From: an uncultured Candidatus Micrarchaeota archaeon
Lineage (GTDB): Archaea; Micrarchaeota; Micrarchaeia; Norongarragalinales; CAINOH01
Assembly (NCBI GenBank): GCA_903851445.1
Contig: CAINOH010000009.1
Location: 185,075 to 249,074, forward strand
Direction of reading: 5' to 3'
Length of the DNA stretch: 64,000 bases
Shown: in pieces, positions 1 through 8,000 of the stretch
How the letters are laid out: every line of letters begins with the position of its first letter
How positions within the stretch are numbered: position 1 is the first letter of the stretch
Program-made: the position numbers and the translations under genes
Notes under the pieces: generated by a model
What the model was told of the DNA's origin: nothing
Database searches by the model: none
What the model saw: only the letters and a program-made list of their open reading frames with translations

Positions 1-56
1 TTGCCTCGCGAGTCAAGGACCTGCATCGCGCCTATGAATTCTATCTTGGTTGCCAC
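1..56 (-). CDS. eno: Enolase, N-terminal fragment (runs off the window edge)
   Basis: Minus strand reads GTG-ATKIEFIGAMQVLDSRG(N), matching the enolase N-terminal LDSRGN motif; GAGGGTG SD-like sequence upstream. Not in the ORF track. Confidence 0.85.
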   Translation of the reverse strand, partial: MATKIEFIGAMQVLDSRG

Positions 57-102
57 AGTACACACCCTCTTGTTTCAAAGGCAAACAGCGACAGGCAGCG
101 TC

Positions 103-624
103 TCAGACGCCGCGCTGCTTCTTGAAGCTCCCCTCATATTCCGTTCCTTTTTCCACGTAGTCGAAGCGTATCTGGCATATCTTCATACCCGGGAAGAGCG
201 TAAGCGTAAACGGCGAGACGTTGAGTATCTCAAGCACCTGCACGTTGTCAACGCCGGGGTGGACGAAGTTGGAGCTGATGTGCACCATCACGCCAAGCCG
301 CGCAAAGCGGCTCCTGCCCTGCAGCGTGCCGCACAGGTTTTTCGAGAGAGTGATGCGTTCCTGTGTAGTGCCTAACACCATCTGGAACGGCTTGAGCGTT
401 ATGCCGTCCTTTCCTGCGGTAACTTTTTTTTCGCACTTGCGGAATTCCTTTGAAAAGTAGGTGTCTTCATGCACTGCAATCTTGCATTTTCCCTTGGGCA
501 CCAGGAACGTGCTGCCAAGCCGCAGGTCGATTGACGCTGCGCCCAGGGTTTCCTTCGCAAAAGGAGTAATCTTGAGTTCCCCTTTCTTCATCATTTCCAG
601 TATTTTCGTCTTTGAAAGCACCAT
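103..624 (-). CDS. dcd: dCTP deaminase
   Basis: MVLS...ASIDLRLG, GRSRFARLG, VHPG, LEILN and ICQIRF motifs; start trimmed to ATG at 624. Confidence 0.93.
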   Translation of the reverse strand: MVLSKTKILEMMKKGELKITPFAKETLGAASIDLRLGSTFLVPKGKCKIAVHEDTYFSKEFRKCEKKVTAGKDGITLKPFQMVLGTTQERITLSKNLCGTLQGRSRFARLGVMVHISSNFVHPGVDNVQVLEILNVSPFTLTLFPGMKICQIRFDYVEKGTEYEGSFKKQRGV

Positions 625-782
625 CAGCAAAAGCACCAACAAATTTACTAGACGGTCACCGGCCTTAAATTGCCTTTGTTGGCACGCCCGCGCCAAAACA
701 ACTAATTAGTGGAAGTGAGGGGGGTCTGGGTAAAAACCAGGCAAAAAGCCCGCACAAATTCTTAAATTTAAGAACGTCTTAC

Positions 783-1271
783 TTGTTTTGTGATTTTTTG
801 GACCAACAACCCGCCACGACCAGCCCCGAAAGCGCAGCCAGCCTGACCACCCAGATAAAGCACACCGTCTCGAAGAGGAAAAGAACGGGCAAGACCGCGG
901 ACCACTACGCCCGGCAAAAGGCCACGTGCTACGCGTATTTTCGGGTGAACATCGACGAGCAAAAAAAGACCAAGGCCGCGCAATACACGATTTACGACTT
1001 CGTCAACGACTCGTTCCACTTCTCGCCAACCAAAAAGGAGTTGACCATCCGCGTGCTTGAGGCGCTGAAGGAAAAGCCCATGGACTTTACGGAGCTCGCA
1101 GCGCGCCTTTCCGCAAAAAAGAGCACGCTTTACCTTTTGCTTACCGCACTTCACCGGTCGGGCCTCATTGACCGCGAGACCAAGCGCCAGCCCTACCGGC
1201 TTTCCATATCCTTCTCGTCGATGCTTCGCGAGTATTCATATTGGTGGGAGAACTGGGTGCGCATAAATTAG
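783..1271 (+). CDS. Winged-helix DNA-binding protein / transcriptional regulator
   Basis: C-terminal RVLEALKEKPMDFTELAARLSAKKSTLYLLLTALHRSGLI is a wHTH pattern; start uncertain. Confidence 0.7.
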   Translation: MFCDFLDQQPATTSPESAASLTTQIKHTVSKRKRTGKTADHYARQKATCYAYFRVNIDEQKKTKAAQYTIYDFVNDSFHFSPTKKELTIRVLEALKEKPMDFTELAARLSAKKSTLYLLLTALHRSGLIDRETKRQPYRLSISFSSMLREYSYWWENWVRIN

Positions 1272-1299
1272 TTGTATTATTGACGGACAGTGATTTTGT

Positions 1300-1473
1300 A
1301 TAAACACGGCCAGCAACCAAACCCGGGCGCAAAACGCCTGGCGCGACGACGTCGAAGAGATTGGCGACGCAGAGGGCGGCATCATCAAAAAATATGTATA
1401 TCTTGCGATGGCATTGTTGATACTGACTGCCATATTGTTGATTTTTCTGAGGTTTGTGCTATACCTCTGGTAG
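1300..1473 (+). CDS. Small protein with C-terminal transmembrane helix (start codon non-canonical or uncertain)
   Basis: Frame reads INTASNQTRAQNAWRDDVEEIGDAEGGIIKKYVYLAMALLILTAILLIFLRFVLYLW*; no ATG/GTG/TTG before the hydrophobic segment. Confidence 0.45.
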   Translation: MNTASNQTRAQNAWRDDVEEIGDAEGGIIKKYVYLAMALLILTAILLIFLRFVLYLW

Positions 1474-1483
1474 ATGATGCTTT

Positions 1484-1660
1484 TTGACCGAAGACACAAC
1501 CACAGCAACCGTCTGCATCGAGGTGCCCCTCAAGCGCGACCGCAAAACCGCGGAGGAGCAGCGCACGCGCCTGCTAATATCAATCCTCTATGGTTTGGGC
1601 GGCGTCTTCGTCCTTGCGCTCTTCCTGTTCATAGGGTACCGGCTGCTTTACCCGTACTAA
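1484..1660 (+). CDS. Small tail-anchored membrane protein (58 aa)
   Basis: TTG start; MTEDTTTATVCIEVPLKRDRKTAEEQRTRLLISILYGLGGVFVLALFLFIGYRLLYPY*; below the ORF-track cutoff. Confidence 0.65.
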   Translation: MTEDTTTATVCIEVPLKRDRKTAEEQRTRLLISILYGLGGVFVLALFLFIGYRLLYPY

Positions 1661-1803
1661 ACAATCCCCGTCCGGGCGCCGGCACGCGGTCTTTGCTACC
1701 CAAACCCGCAATTCAGATGCCATTAAAAGCTGCGCAACCAATAAAACTTCCTAGCTCTCTTAGGATTCCTAGAGGCAAAAAACCACCGAGGGTGTTTATC
1801 GTT

Positions 1804-2214
1804 ATGGGCATCACAGACCTGCTTTTTGGGAAGAAGAAAGTGCCGTCCTTCTCCACCAACGTGTTCACAATCGACACGACCATCCACCCGTTCCGCATCG
1901 CGGCGCGCAAGGCCGACTATGCGCAGCTTGACGTTGTCGTGACCAACAAATTTGAGAAGGAACTCCTCACATCCATAATCATAAGCGTGCCCAAGGCGCT
2001 TGGCTTTGAGCAGTCAACGCTCTCCCACCAGCGCGAGATACGCGCGGGAACCCTGGCCCCGGGCGAGTCGAAGACCGTGCGCGTGCAGGTCTGGGGGACC
2101 GTAAGAACCGACCCGGGCACTTACGAAATCAAGATTTTCGCGCTTTCGCACTACCGCGACTACTCATATGTGCTCAACGAGGTGCGCAAAACAGTGGAAC
2201 TGAGGGCGGCGTAA
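1804..2214 (+). CDS. Hypothetical protein with an Ig-like beta-sandwich (CARDB-like)
   Basis: GTLAPGESKTVRVQV and TDPGTYEIKI patterns; GAGGGTG SD before ATG at 1804. Confidence 0.7.
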   Translation: MGITDLLFGKKKVPSFSTNVFTIDTTIHPFRIAARKADYAQLDVVVTNKFEKELLTSIIISVPKALGFEQSTLSHQREIRAGTLAPGESKTVRVQVWGTVRTDPGTYEIKIFALSHYRDYSYVLNEVRKTVELRAA

Positions 2215-2292
2215 CCATTTAAAAAGCGGCCTTGCATTTTTCTCTTGTCAATAATAATCCAAGCGCGCAAAGCGCCTCGTAGGTGAACTAAA

Positions 2293-2616
2293 ATGGCGGT
2301 AAGAGTTTCTGCTCTCATGGGAATGGACGTATTCACGGACACTGCAAAGTTCGTAGGCAAGGTCTACGACATCATAATCGACCTGCAAAAGGGAGAAGTC
2401 ACGCGCCTCACGCTCGAGCCAATCAAGGTTGCGAACAAGGACGACGCCAGGCGCATCTTCAAGGAAAAGACAATACTCTACAAGAGCGTGAAGGCAGTTG
2501 AGAAGATAGTCATCGTCTCCGCAATCCAGCCGGTTGACACGGAGCCGGTTGAGGAAGAGGCGCCAAAGGAGCCCGAGAAGCCCTTCCAGCACTACTCTTA
2601 CAAGTACAGGAGATAG
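2293..2616 (+). CDS. PRC-barrel domain protein (CdpB-like)
   Basis: VSALMGMDVFTDTAKFVGKVYDIIIDLQKGEV is a PRC-barrel signature; AGGTGA SD. Confidence 0.85.
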   Translation: MAVRVSALMGMDVFTDTAKFVGKVYDIIIDLQKGEVTRLTLEPIKVANKDDARRIFKEKTILYKSVKAVEKIVIVSAIQPVDTEPVEEEAPKEPEKPFQHYSYKYRR

Positions 2617-2722
2617 TTCTTTCCAGCCCTTTATTTTTCAGTCCTTTTTCTCAATTTTAGAAACGCGACCCGGCCGCCGGGAGTTCTTTTTCTGCGGCAA
2701 GGGCAACAACATCCGCCAAATA

Positions 2723-3025
2723 CTACTTGGCGTTCTTTCGGTATTTTTCGTATCCCCTGTAAAGTTTCTCCATCTTCCCCTCGTCCGTGGCTATTTTTGC
2801 CATTACTTGCGTTTCCAGCGAAGGTTTTTCGGGGGTTATCCCGCGCGTCCCAATGTTGAGCGGGGCATTTACTGTTGCGGGCTGTCTTCCGCTTACAACC
2901 GTCGGGTGGTACTGGCCGAGGTTCTTTCCGAGGTTCTCCTCTGCGACATTCACAACCCGGTGGGGAAGCAGGCCCCCCTTTTTTGGCAGTGCTTTCTTGT
3001 GAAGTGGCGGCGCCCTTGGTTCCAT
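2723..3025 (-). CDS. Hypothetical protein (orphan-like, basic Pro-rich N-terminus)
   Basis: 100-aa ORF with GGGG SD and TTTAAA box upstream. Confidence 0.55.
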   Translation of the reverse strand: MEPRAPPLHKKALPKKGGLLPHRVVNVAEENLGKNLGQYHPTVVSGRQPATVNAPLNIGTRGITPEKPSLETQVMAKIATDEGKMEKLYRGYEKYRKNAK

Positions 3026-3138
3026 GTAAATTCCCCCGTTCGAATCGTTAAGACGATTAGCAAAGCGGGAGTTTAAAAAAACAGCGCAGGTGCGCGTAGT
3101 GCCTAACTTTTATCCGGGCGGTTAAGAAAAAGAGAGCA

Positions 3139-3213
3139 TAGCGGGGAGAGGATTTGAACCTCCGATCTCCGGGTTATGAGCCCAGCGGGCACTCCTGGCT
3201 ACCCTACCCCGCT
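3139..3213 (-). tRNA. tRNA-Met initiator (CAT)
   Basis: AGCGGGG...CTGGG CT CAT AA CCCGG...TTCAAAT...CCCCGCT A; A1:U72 and three G-C pairs in the anticodon stem. Confidence 0.96.
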
Positions 3214-3335
3214 TCGAAAGAAGAAGCGTGCGGCTGCGGTCGTTGCAACCATATACCTAATTAGGCGCGTTAGATTCTCTTGCCTGTCAACGAATATAAT
3301 ACGCGCGGGCTTGCAGGTGCCCGCACGCGTCAGCG

Positions 3336-4028
3336 CTATTTCTTGCACTCGGCGATGAGCGTCTCGCCCTGCGGCTGCAGCTGGGGGGTTGGCGCTGACA
3401 AAGCACCGATGAACTTTTCCATCGTCTTGATGCGCTCGACGATTTTTCGCGTGTCCACTTCGCTGTTTTCGTAGCGGAGCATGCCCTTGCATTTCGGGCA
3501 GCGGAACTGGTTCTCCATCGCGTCGTCGAACTCGCAGCGCACGCAACCCTTGCGGCACTTGTAGACGCACGCGCTCTCCGCGTAGGCGACGCGCGCTCGC
3601 AGGTCGTCATACTCGCGCTTCTTCATGGAAAGGTAGTTGGAAAGGGCGCGTTCGCGGTTTAGGTTCCAAGTATAAGTGAACCAGCCGTTCTGCATGTTCT
3701 TCTCGCGGCGGTACTCGACAACACCGTAGGAGTGCAGGTGGTTGAGTATGCAGCGCACCTCGGCTATCTTGATGCCGGTCTTCTGCTCGATGGCCTCGTC
3801 AGTGCACCCCTCGTCGCCTATTGTCTCGATGATGTACATGCCGTCCTTTCCGGCGATTTCCTTGATGAACGCCTCGAGGTGCTCGCCAACGGGCTGGAAT
3901 GGCATTGGCGCGGCAACAGCCGGCACCGGCAGCGCTTCCTTGGCGATTTTTTTTGCAGAAGAAGTTTTCAGCCCGGCATGCCTGCTCGCTTTTTTGCAAG
4001 CAAGTTTCAGCGTCTTCTTGGCGGGCAT
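3336..4028 (-). CDS. tfe: Transcription factor E (TFE alpha)
   Basis: TDEAIEQKTGIKIAEVRCILNHL wHTH, GWFTYTW, Zn ribbon C-x3-C...FRCPKCKGML. Confidence 0.93.
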   Translation of the reverse strand: MPAKKTLKLACKKASRHAGLKTSSAKKIAKEALPVPAVAAPMPFQPVGEHLEAFIKEIAGKDGMYIIETIGDEGCTDEAIEQKTGIKIAEVRCILNHLHSYGVVEYRREKNMQNGWFTYTWNLNRERALSNYLSMKKREYDDLRARVAYAESACVYKCRKGCVRCEFDDAMENQFRCPKCKGMLRYENSEVDTRKIVERIKTMEKFIGALSAPTPQLQPQGETLIAECKK

Positions 4029-4146
4029 GAATATTCCTTCTTTATTTTAGTTTAAATACCTTATTCAAAAACAGCCCCTTTTACGAGGAAAAACGGTTTT
4101 TTTCGTCGCGTTTTGGTTTTTTTCATTTTTTCCCGGCGGTTTTTCT

Positions 4147-4713
4147 TCATTTTGCCTTTGTTTTTTTCTTCCCGCGGTTTGCCACAACCCTTCTCTTATC
4201 AACAACCGTCTTTCTTTTTGCGGAGGGCGTAATCTGGATTTTTGCGTCCGGAAACGCCGCGGGGGTTCTTCCGGAAAGCTCGTAAAGGAACAGGCCGAGC
4301 GCAGCCACCTCGGAGTGCGGCTGGTTGCCAACCGCGGAGTTCACGTCGCACAGGGTGTACAGTTCTGGCGGCACCTTTCCCGCGCCAACCACAAGCATCA
4401 CTTTTCTTGGCCTTGTTTTTTGTAGGTCCTCTGCGGTCTTCCGGAAGTCCTCGCCGTACATCGTAAGGTGAATTTTCTTTCCCTTAAAGGTCTTCAGCGC
4501 CCTTTTCCAGTCTTTTTCATAGCGCGCGTGGAACTTTCCGCCCCATTTTTTTGAAAGAGCCGAAAGCCGCAAGGCAAGTTCATCGTCCTCTTCGCCGCTG
4601 ATTATCATCTTTGACGCGCCAAAGGCCCGTGCCGTAAGGCCGCAGTGCGTGGTAATCCTCTTGTCGCGCGACGGCCGGTGGCCAAGGCGCAGCACGGTGA
4701 TTTCGGTTTTCAT
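4147..4713 (-). CDS. trm56: tRNA (cytidine(56)-2'-O)-methyltransferase
   Basis: VLRLGHRPSRDKRITTHCGLTARAFGA, HLTMYG and NQPHSEVAAL motifs. Confidence 0.96.
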   Translation of the reverse strand: MKTEITVLRLGHRPSRDKRITTHCGLTARAFGASKMIISGEEDDELALRLSALSKKWGGKFHARYEKDWKRALKTFKGKKIHLTMYGEDFRKTAEDLQKTRPRKVMLVVGAGKVPPELYTLCDVNSAVGNQPHSEVAALGLFLYELSGRTPAAFPDAKIQITPSAKRKTVVDKRRVVANRGKKKTKAK

Positions 4714-4728
4714 CCTGTCAACGACCCC

Positions 4729-5565
4729 TCACGTTATTTTCGCAACAAGCCGCCGTGCGTCTTTCATCCAGGCGTAAATGGTGCCCCGCCTGAACGCGAT
4801 TACGTAAAGCGCGCCAACAGCCGCGCCGGCAACGTGCGCGGCATCGGCTGTGCCCGACGCGGCCTCGCGTTTTTTAGCCTCAGCCTGGGCGTCGAGTTGT
4901 TGCTGCCTTTCCTGGGCAATCGAAAGCTGTTGTTGTGCCTCGGCTGGTTTTTGCGCTGCGGCGAGCTCTTGCGCTGCCTGCTCCGCCAGCTGTTTTTGTT
5001 GCTCAAGGTTTTTGTAGTTCTCCTTTGCAACCCAGTCTGCGGCTTGCGGAGCGGCCCAGTTTACCGCGAGCGCGACGAATGCAAGGGCGAGAATTCCCTT
5101 CTTCGGGTCAGCCAGAAGCCCCGCAACCGCCAAGCCGACGATTCCCGCACTGGCCCCGATTATTTTCATCTGCGGGGACACGAGAACGAACGCAAGCCCG
5201 CCGGCAATCCCAGAAAGGAAGTATATCGCAAGTGCGTCCTTGTAGGAGAGTGCGGCTTCGGCTACAAGGCAGAACACCGCAAGCCCGACCAAGTTCTCAA
5301 GCAAGTGGCCCAAGCCCGCGTGGATGAACAGGTACGTCACCGCGCCAAAGGGCAGGGTTTCAATCCCAAGCGCTCCAGCAGTTATGAACGAGCTTGGCAG
5401 GTATGGCGCGCCGTTGGAAAGGACAAAGTAAGTAATGGCGGTTGACGCCACAAGGATGAACGTCGCAGCCCCGAAAGGCATCGGTTTGGGGTTCTGTCGG
5501 GTTTGTCTGAGGCCCTCCTTCGCGGCAACAGCTGCCTTTTTTGTCTTTTTCTTCAACAAGGACAC
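4729..5565 (-). CDS. Rhomboid family intramembrane serine protease
   Basis: LFIHAGLGHLLEN, GASAG (catalytic Ser), AHVAGAAVG (catalytic His); start taken as GTG 5565 (ATG 5481 is an alternative). Confidence 0.85.
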   Translation of the reverse strand: MSLLKKKTKKAAVAAKEGLRQTRQNPKPMPFGAATFILVASTAITYFVLSNGAPYLPSSFITAGALGIETLPFGAVTYLFIHAGLGHLLENLVGLAVFCLVAEAALSYKDALAIYFLSGIAGGLAFVLVSPQMKIIGASAGIVGLAVAGLLADPKKGILALAFVALAVNWAAPQAADWVAKENYKNLEQQKQLAEQAAQELAAAQKPAEAQQQLSIAQERQQQLDAQAEAKKREAASGTADAAHVAGAAVGALYVIAFRRGTIYAWMKDARRLVAKIT

Positions 5566-5771
5566 CGCTAAGCCTTTACGCTCAGCGGCATAATAAGAAC
5601 TGGGTCGCAAGACCATAACAAGACCCGCCGTTATGCGGGCATGGCGACCAGTTCAACCCACCTTCATAGAATCCGTAAGATAACTTCGGAGGGGGCGAAT
5701 AAAAGTCTTGCGGGCTTAAAAACCCGAAATTCCGGTATTTGGCAAAGCCGGCGCTGGCAGCGGCAAAAAAG

Positions 5772-5844
5772 CGGGCCCAGAGGGGTTCGAACCCTCGACC
5801 GTTCGATTAAGAGTCGAACGCTCTACCGGCTGAGCTATGGGCCC
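5772..5844 (-). tRNA. tRNA-Lys (CTT)
   Basis: GGGCCCA...TTCGA CT CTT AA TCGAA...GTTCGAAC...TGGGCCC G cloverleaf. Confidence 0.96.
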
Positions 5845-6007
5845 AATAATCACAGCAAAACGGCAAGTCCGAAAACAAGCCCGCGTTTTGCTTATTGCGA
5901 ACAGAACGCCTTTAGGCCTGTTTTCAGTTCGCAATAGGAAATAGCATTCTGCACGAAATGGAATAAGAAGATTGCGTTTTGGCTGGCCTTTCACGTTATT
6001 GGGAAAG

Positions 6008-6078
6008 AGCAGAGGGAGGGAGTCGAACCCCCTTGAATCGCTCTGCAGGCGATCGCGTAGCCGTTCCGCCACCTCTGC
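6008..6078 (-). tRNA. tRNA-Cys (GCA), copy 1 (G37, A3:U70)
   Basis: GCAGAGG...ATCGC CT GCA GA GCGAT...TTCGACT...CCTCTGC T; U73 discriminator. Confidence 0.94.
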
Positions 6079-6148
6079 GTAAGAATCAGAAATAAATTAT
6101 TGAGCTAAAGGTAGAAAAAGAGCAGGGGCCGGCGTTTGCACGCAGTGC

Positions 6149-6904
6149 CTACTTGAAGACGTCCTCTATCTTCTTGACTACAACGCCCTTCCCGGTGACT
6201 ATTTCCATCGGGTGGATCTCGAGCGAGTGGTCTGTCCCGCGCATCTTGCGTATGTACAGGGTGCGCGTTGCGCCGCTTCCGACGCCCAGGAAGTTGAGGA
6301 GGATGACCCCGTCCGCGACGTATTCCTCGACTTCGTACTTGGAGAAGCTCATGCTCTGGCCCGAGCCGAGCTGCTGTTCATTGACTTCCGTTGTCATTAT
6401 GCACGTCATGCCGGAACGCGATATGATGTACGCCATTTTCAGGATTGCCTTGCGTATGTCCGTGTCCTTGTTGAGCTGGAAGCCCATTGCGGGGATGGAG
6501 TCGATTACCAGTCGCTTTGCGCCCATGTGCCGGCAAATCCCGAGGATATCCACCAGGACCTTGTCAAAGTCAAGCTGGCCGGGGAACATCGCGTGCTCCT
6601 CTTCCGAGGGCATTCCTGCGCGCGCGCTTGCGGCGTCAACCAGTGCGATTTGGCCACCGTCTTCCGCTGCCTTGATGTCCCAGCCGAAGTTGAGCATATC
6701 CTGGCGCATCTTTTCCATCACTTCGTCGAAGCTCACGTAGACTCCCGGCTCGCCGAACTCGAGCGCGCCGCGGTAGATGAACTGCATGCAGAAGATGCTT
6801 TTTCCGGTGCCGCAGGCGCCGGACAGGAGGATGTTCCTCTTTTTCGGGAAGCCGCCGCTAAGTAGTTCGTCAAGGCCGTAAATGCCCGATGGCGTGCGTT
6901 CCAT
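6149..6904 (-). CDS. KaiC-like / RAD55-family RecA-superfamily ATPase (single domain)
   Basis: TPSGIYGLDELLSGG, GACGTGKS Walker A, RLVIDS Walker B, EEYVADGVI, IRKMRGTDH. Confidence 0.93.
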   Translation of the reverse strand: MERTPSGIYGLDELLSGGFPKKRNILLSGACGTGKSIFCMQFIYRGALEFGEPGVYVSFDEVMEKMRQDMLNFGWDIKAAEDGGQIALVDAASARAGMPSEEEHAMFPGQLDFDKVLVDILGICRHMGAKRLVIDSIPAMGFQLNKDTDIRKAILKMAYIISRSGMTCIMTTEVNEQQLGSGQSMSFSKYEVEEYVADGVILLNFLGVGSGATRTLYIRKMRGTDHSLEIHPMEIVTGKGVVVKKIEDVFK

Positions 6905-7009
6905 TTGAAGCCCTCCCCTCTTAACCGGTTACGCTCGCGCAAGATAAAAGGCTTTCACAATGCCTTTGCGGCAGGAGGGTATTTCAACAGCAGGGCAATA
7001 ACCCTTTTT

Positions 7010-7345
7010 ATGCCGGCGCAGGACGACGTGGCATCGAAACTGGCCCTCTTGCAGGCCGACGTGGAGCAGCTGTGCTTGGAGCTTGACGAGCAGAAAAAGG
7101 CGCGCGCGGCGCTGGAAGCCAAGGCGGCTTCACTTTCCGACGGGCTTTTAGAGGCGCGTTCAGATTACGAGGCGCTGGAAAGGAAACAGGCCGAACTGCG
7201 GCTGTCCGTCGAGCGTTCGTCCGCGCTTCTTAAGGCAATCGAGCCCGAAAAGCTCGCGGTGGAGCTTTCCCGGCTTTCCTTTGCGGTAACCTGCCTTCGC
7301 GACAGCCTGCGGCGGCACGAAACCGATGGAAAGCAGCTAGTTTGA
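7010..7345 (+). CDS. Coiled-coil hypothetical protein
   Basis: Heptad Leu pattern across about 100 aa; ATG at 7010. Confidence 0.65.
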   Translation: MPAQDDVASKLALLQADVEQLCLELDEQKKARAALEAKAASLSDGLLEARSDYEALERKQAELRLSVERSSALLKAIEPEKLAVELSRLSFAVTCLRDSLRRHETDGKQLV

Positions 7346-7430
7346 CTGCAGCCCCGGCTTTCGTCAATGCGCGCCGCAGTAGAAGCTTATTCTTTTGCCT
7401 CCTATCTAGTAATTCGAGTGCGTGTACTGT

Positions 7431-7901
7431 ATGCCCCAGCTTCCTACTGAGATTTGGAGACGCAGGATAGAAAGCGAGTACAATCAGCTGCGCAGCCGGG
7501 GCTTTGACTTCGACGTGAACCCGGACCACACGGAATACACTTTCCGCATACTTGGCGATGCGTTGTGCGTGAGGGACGGTGCGCTTGTGCCCGTCAACAG
7601 GCACGTGGTATTCCTGCGGCTTGCGCGCGAATACCCTTACGCCGGCGGGTTTGAGCTTGTCTGGAAGACGCCGATTTTTCACCCAAACATCGACGAGAAG
7701 GGGAAGGTGTGCATCCGGCTTGTGAACCTCTGGGCTGCGGGCCAGACCGTGGCAAGCATCGTCGATGCGCTTGTGCAGCTTTTGGAAAACCCGAATCCCG
7801 ACTCGCCGCTAAACTACGAGGCGGCCCAATATTACCTTGAGAACCCCAAGCCAAAGGCAACAGCGGGCTTCCGGCTTTCGCGGCCAAAGATAGTTGGCTG
7901 A
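7431..7901 (+). CDS. Ubiquitin-conjugating enzyme E2 (UBC fold)
   Basis: RRIESEY helix 1, EYPY, TPIFHPNIDEKGKVC (HPN with catalytic Cys94), W after the Cys, LLENPNPDSPLNYEAA. Confidence 0.93.
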   Translation: MPQLPTEIWRRRIESEYNQLRSRGFDFDVNPDHTEYTFRILGDALCVRDGALVPVNRHVVFLRLAREYPYAGGFELVWKTPIFHPNIDEKGKVCIRLVNLWAAGQTVASIVDALVQLLENPNPDSPLNYEAAQYYLENPKPKATAGFRLSRPKIVG

Positions 7902-8000
7902 ACCGGTCAGCGCAAAACAGCAGGGTGGGCTGTTGCTGTTGGAAGGGTTGAAAAAAGCGAGTTGCCTAAAGAATGCGCAGAGCCTGTTTTGTGGTTTCAA

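Noticed and set aside
1474-1803. N-terminal part of the 246-aa ORF
   Set aside because: A better small TM ORF lies in another frame and the SD-supported start is at 1804.
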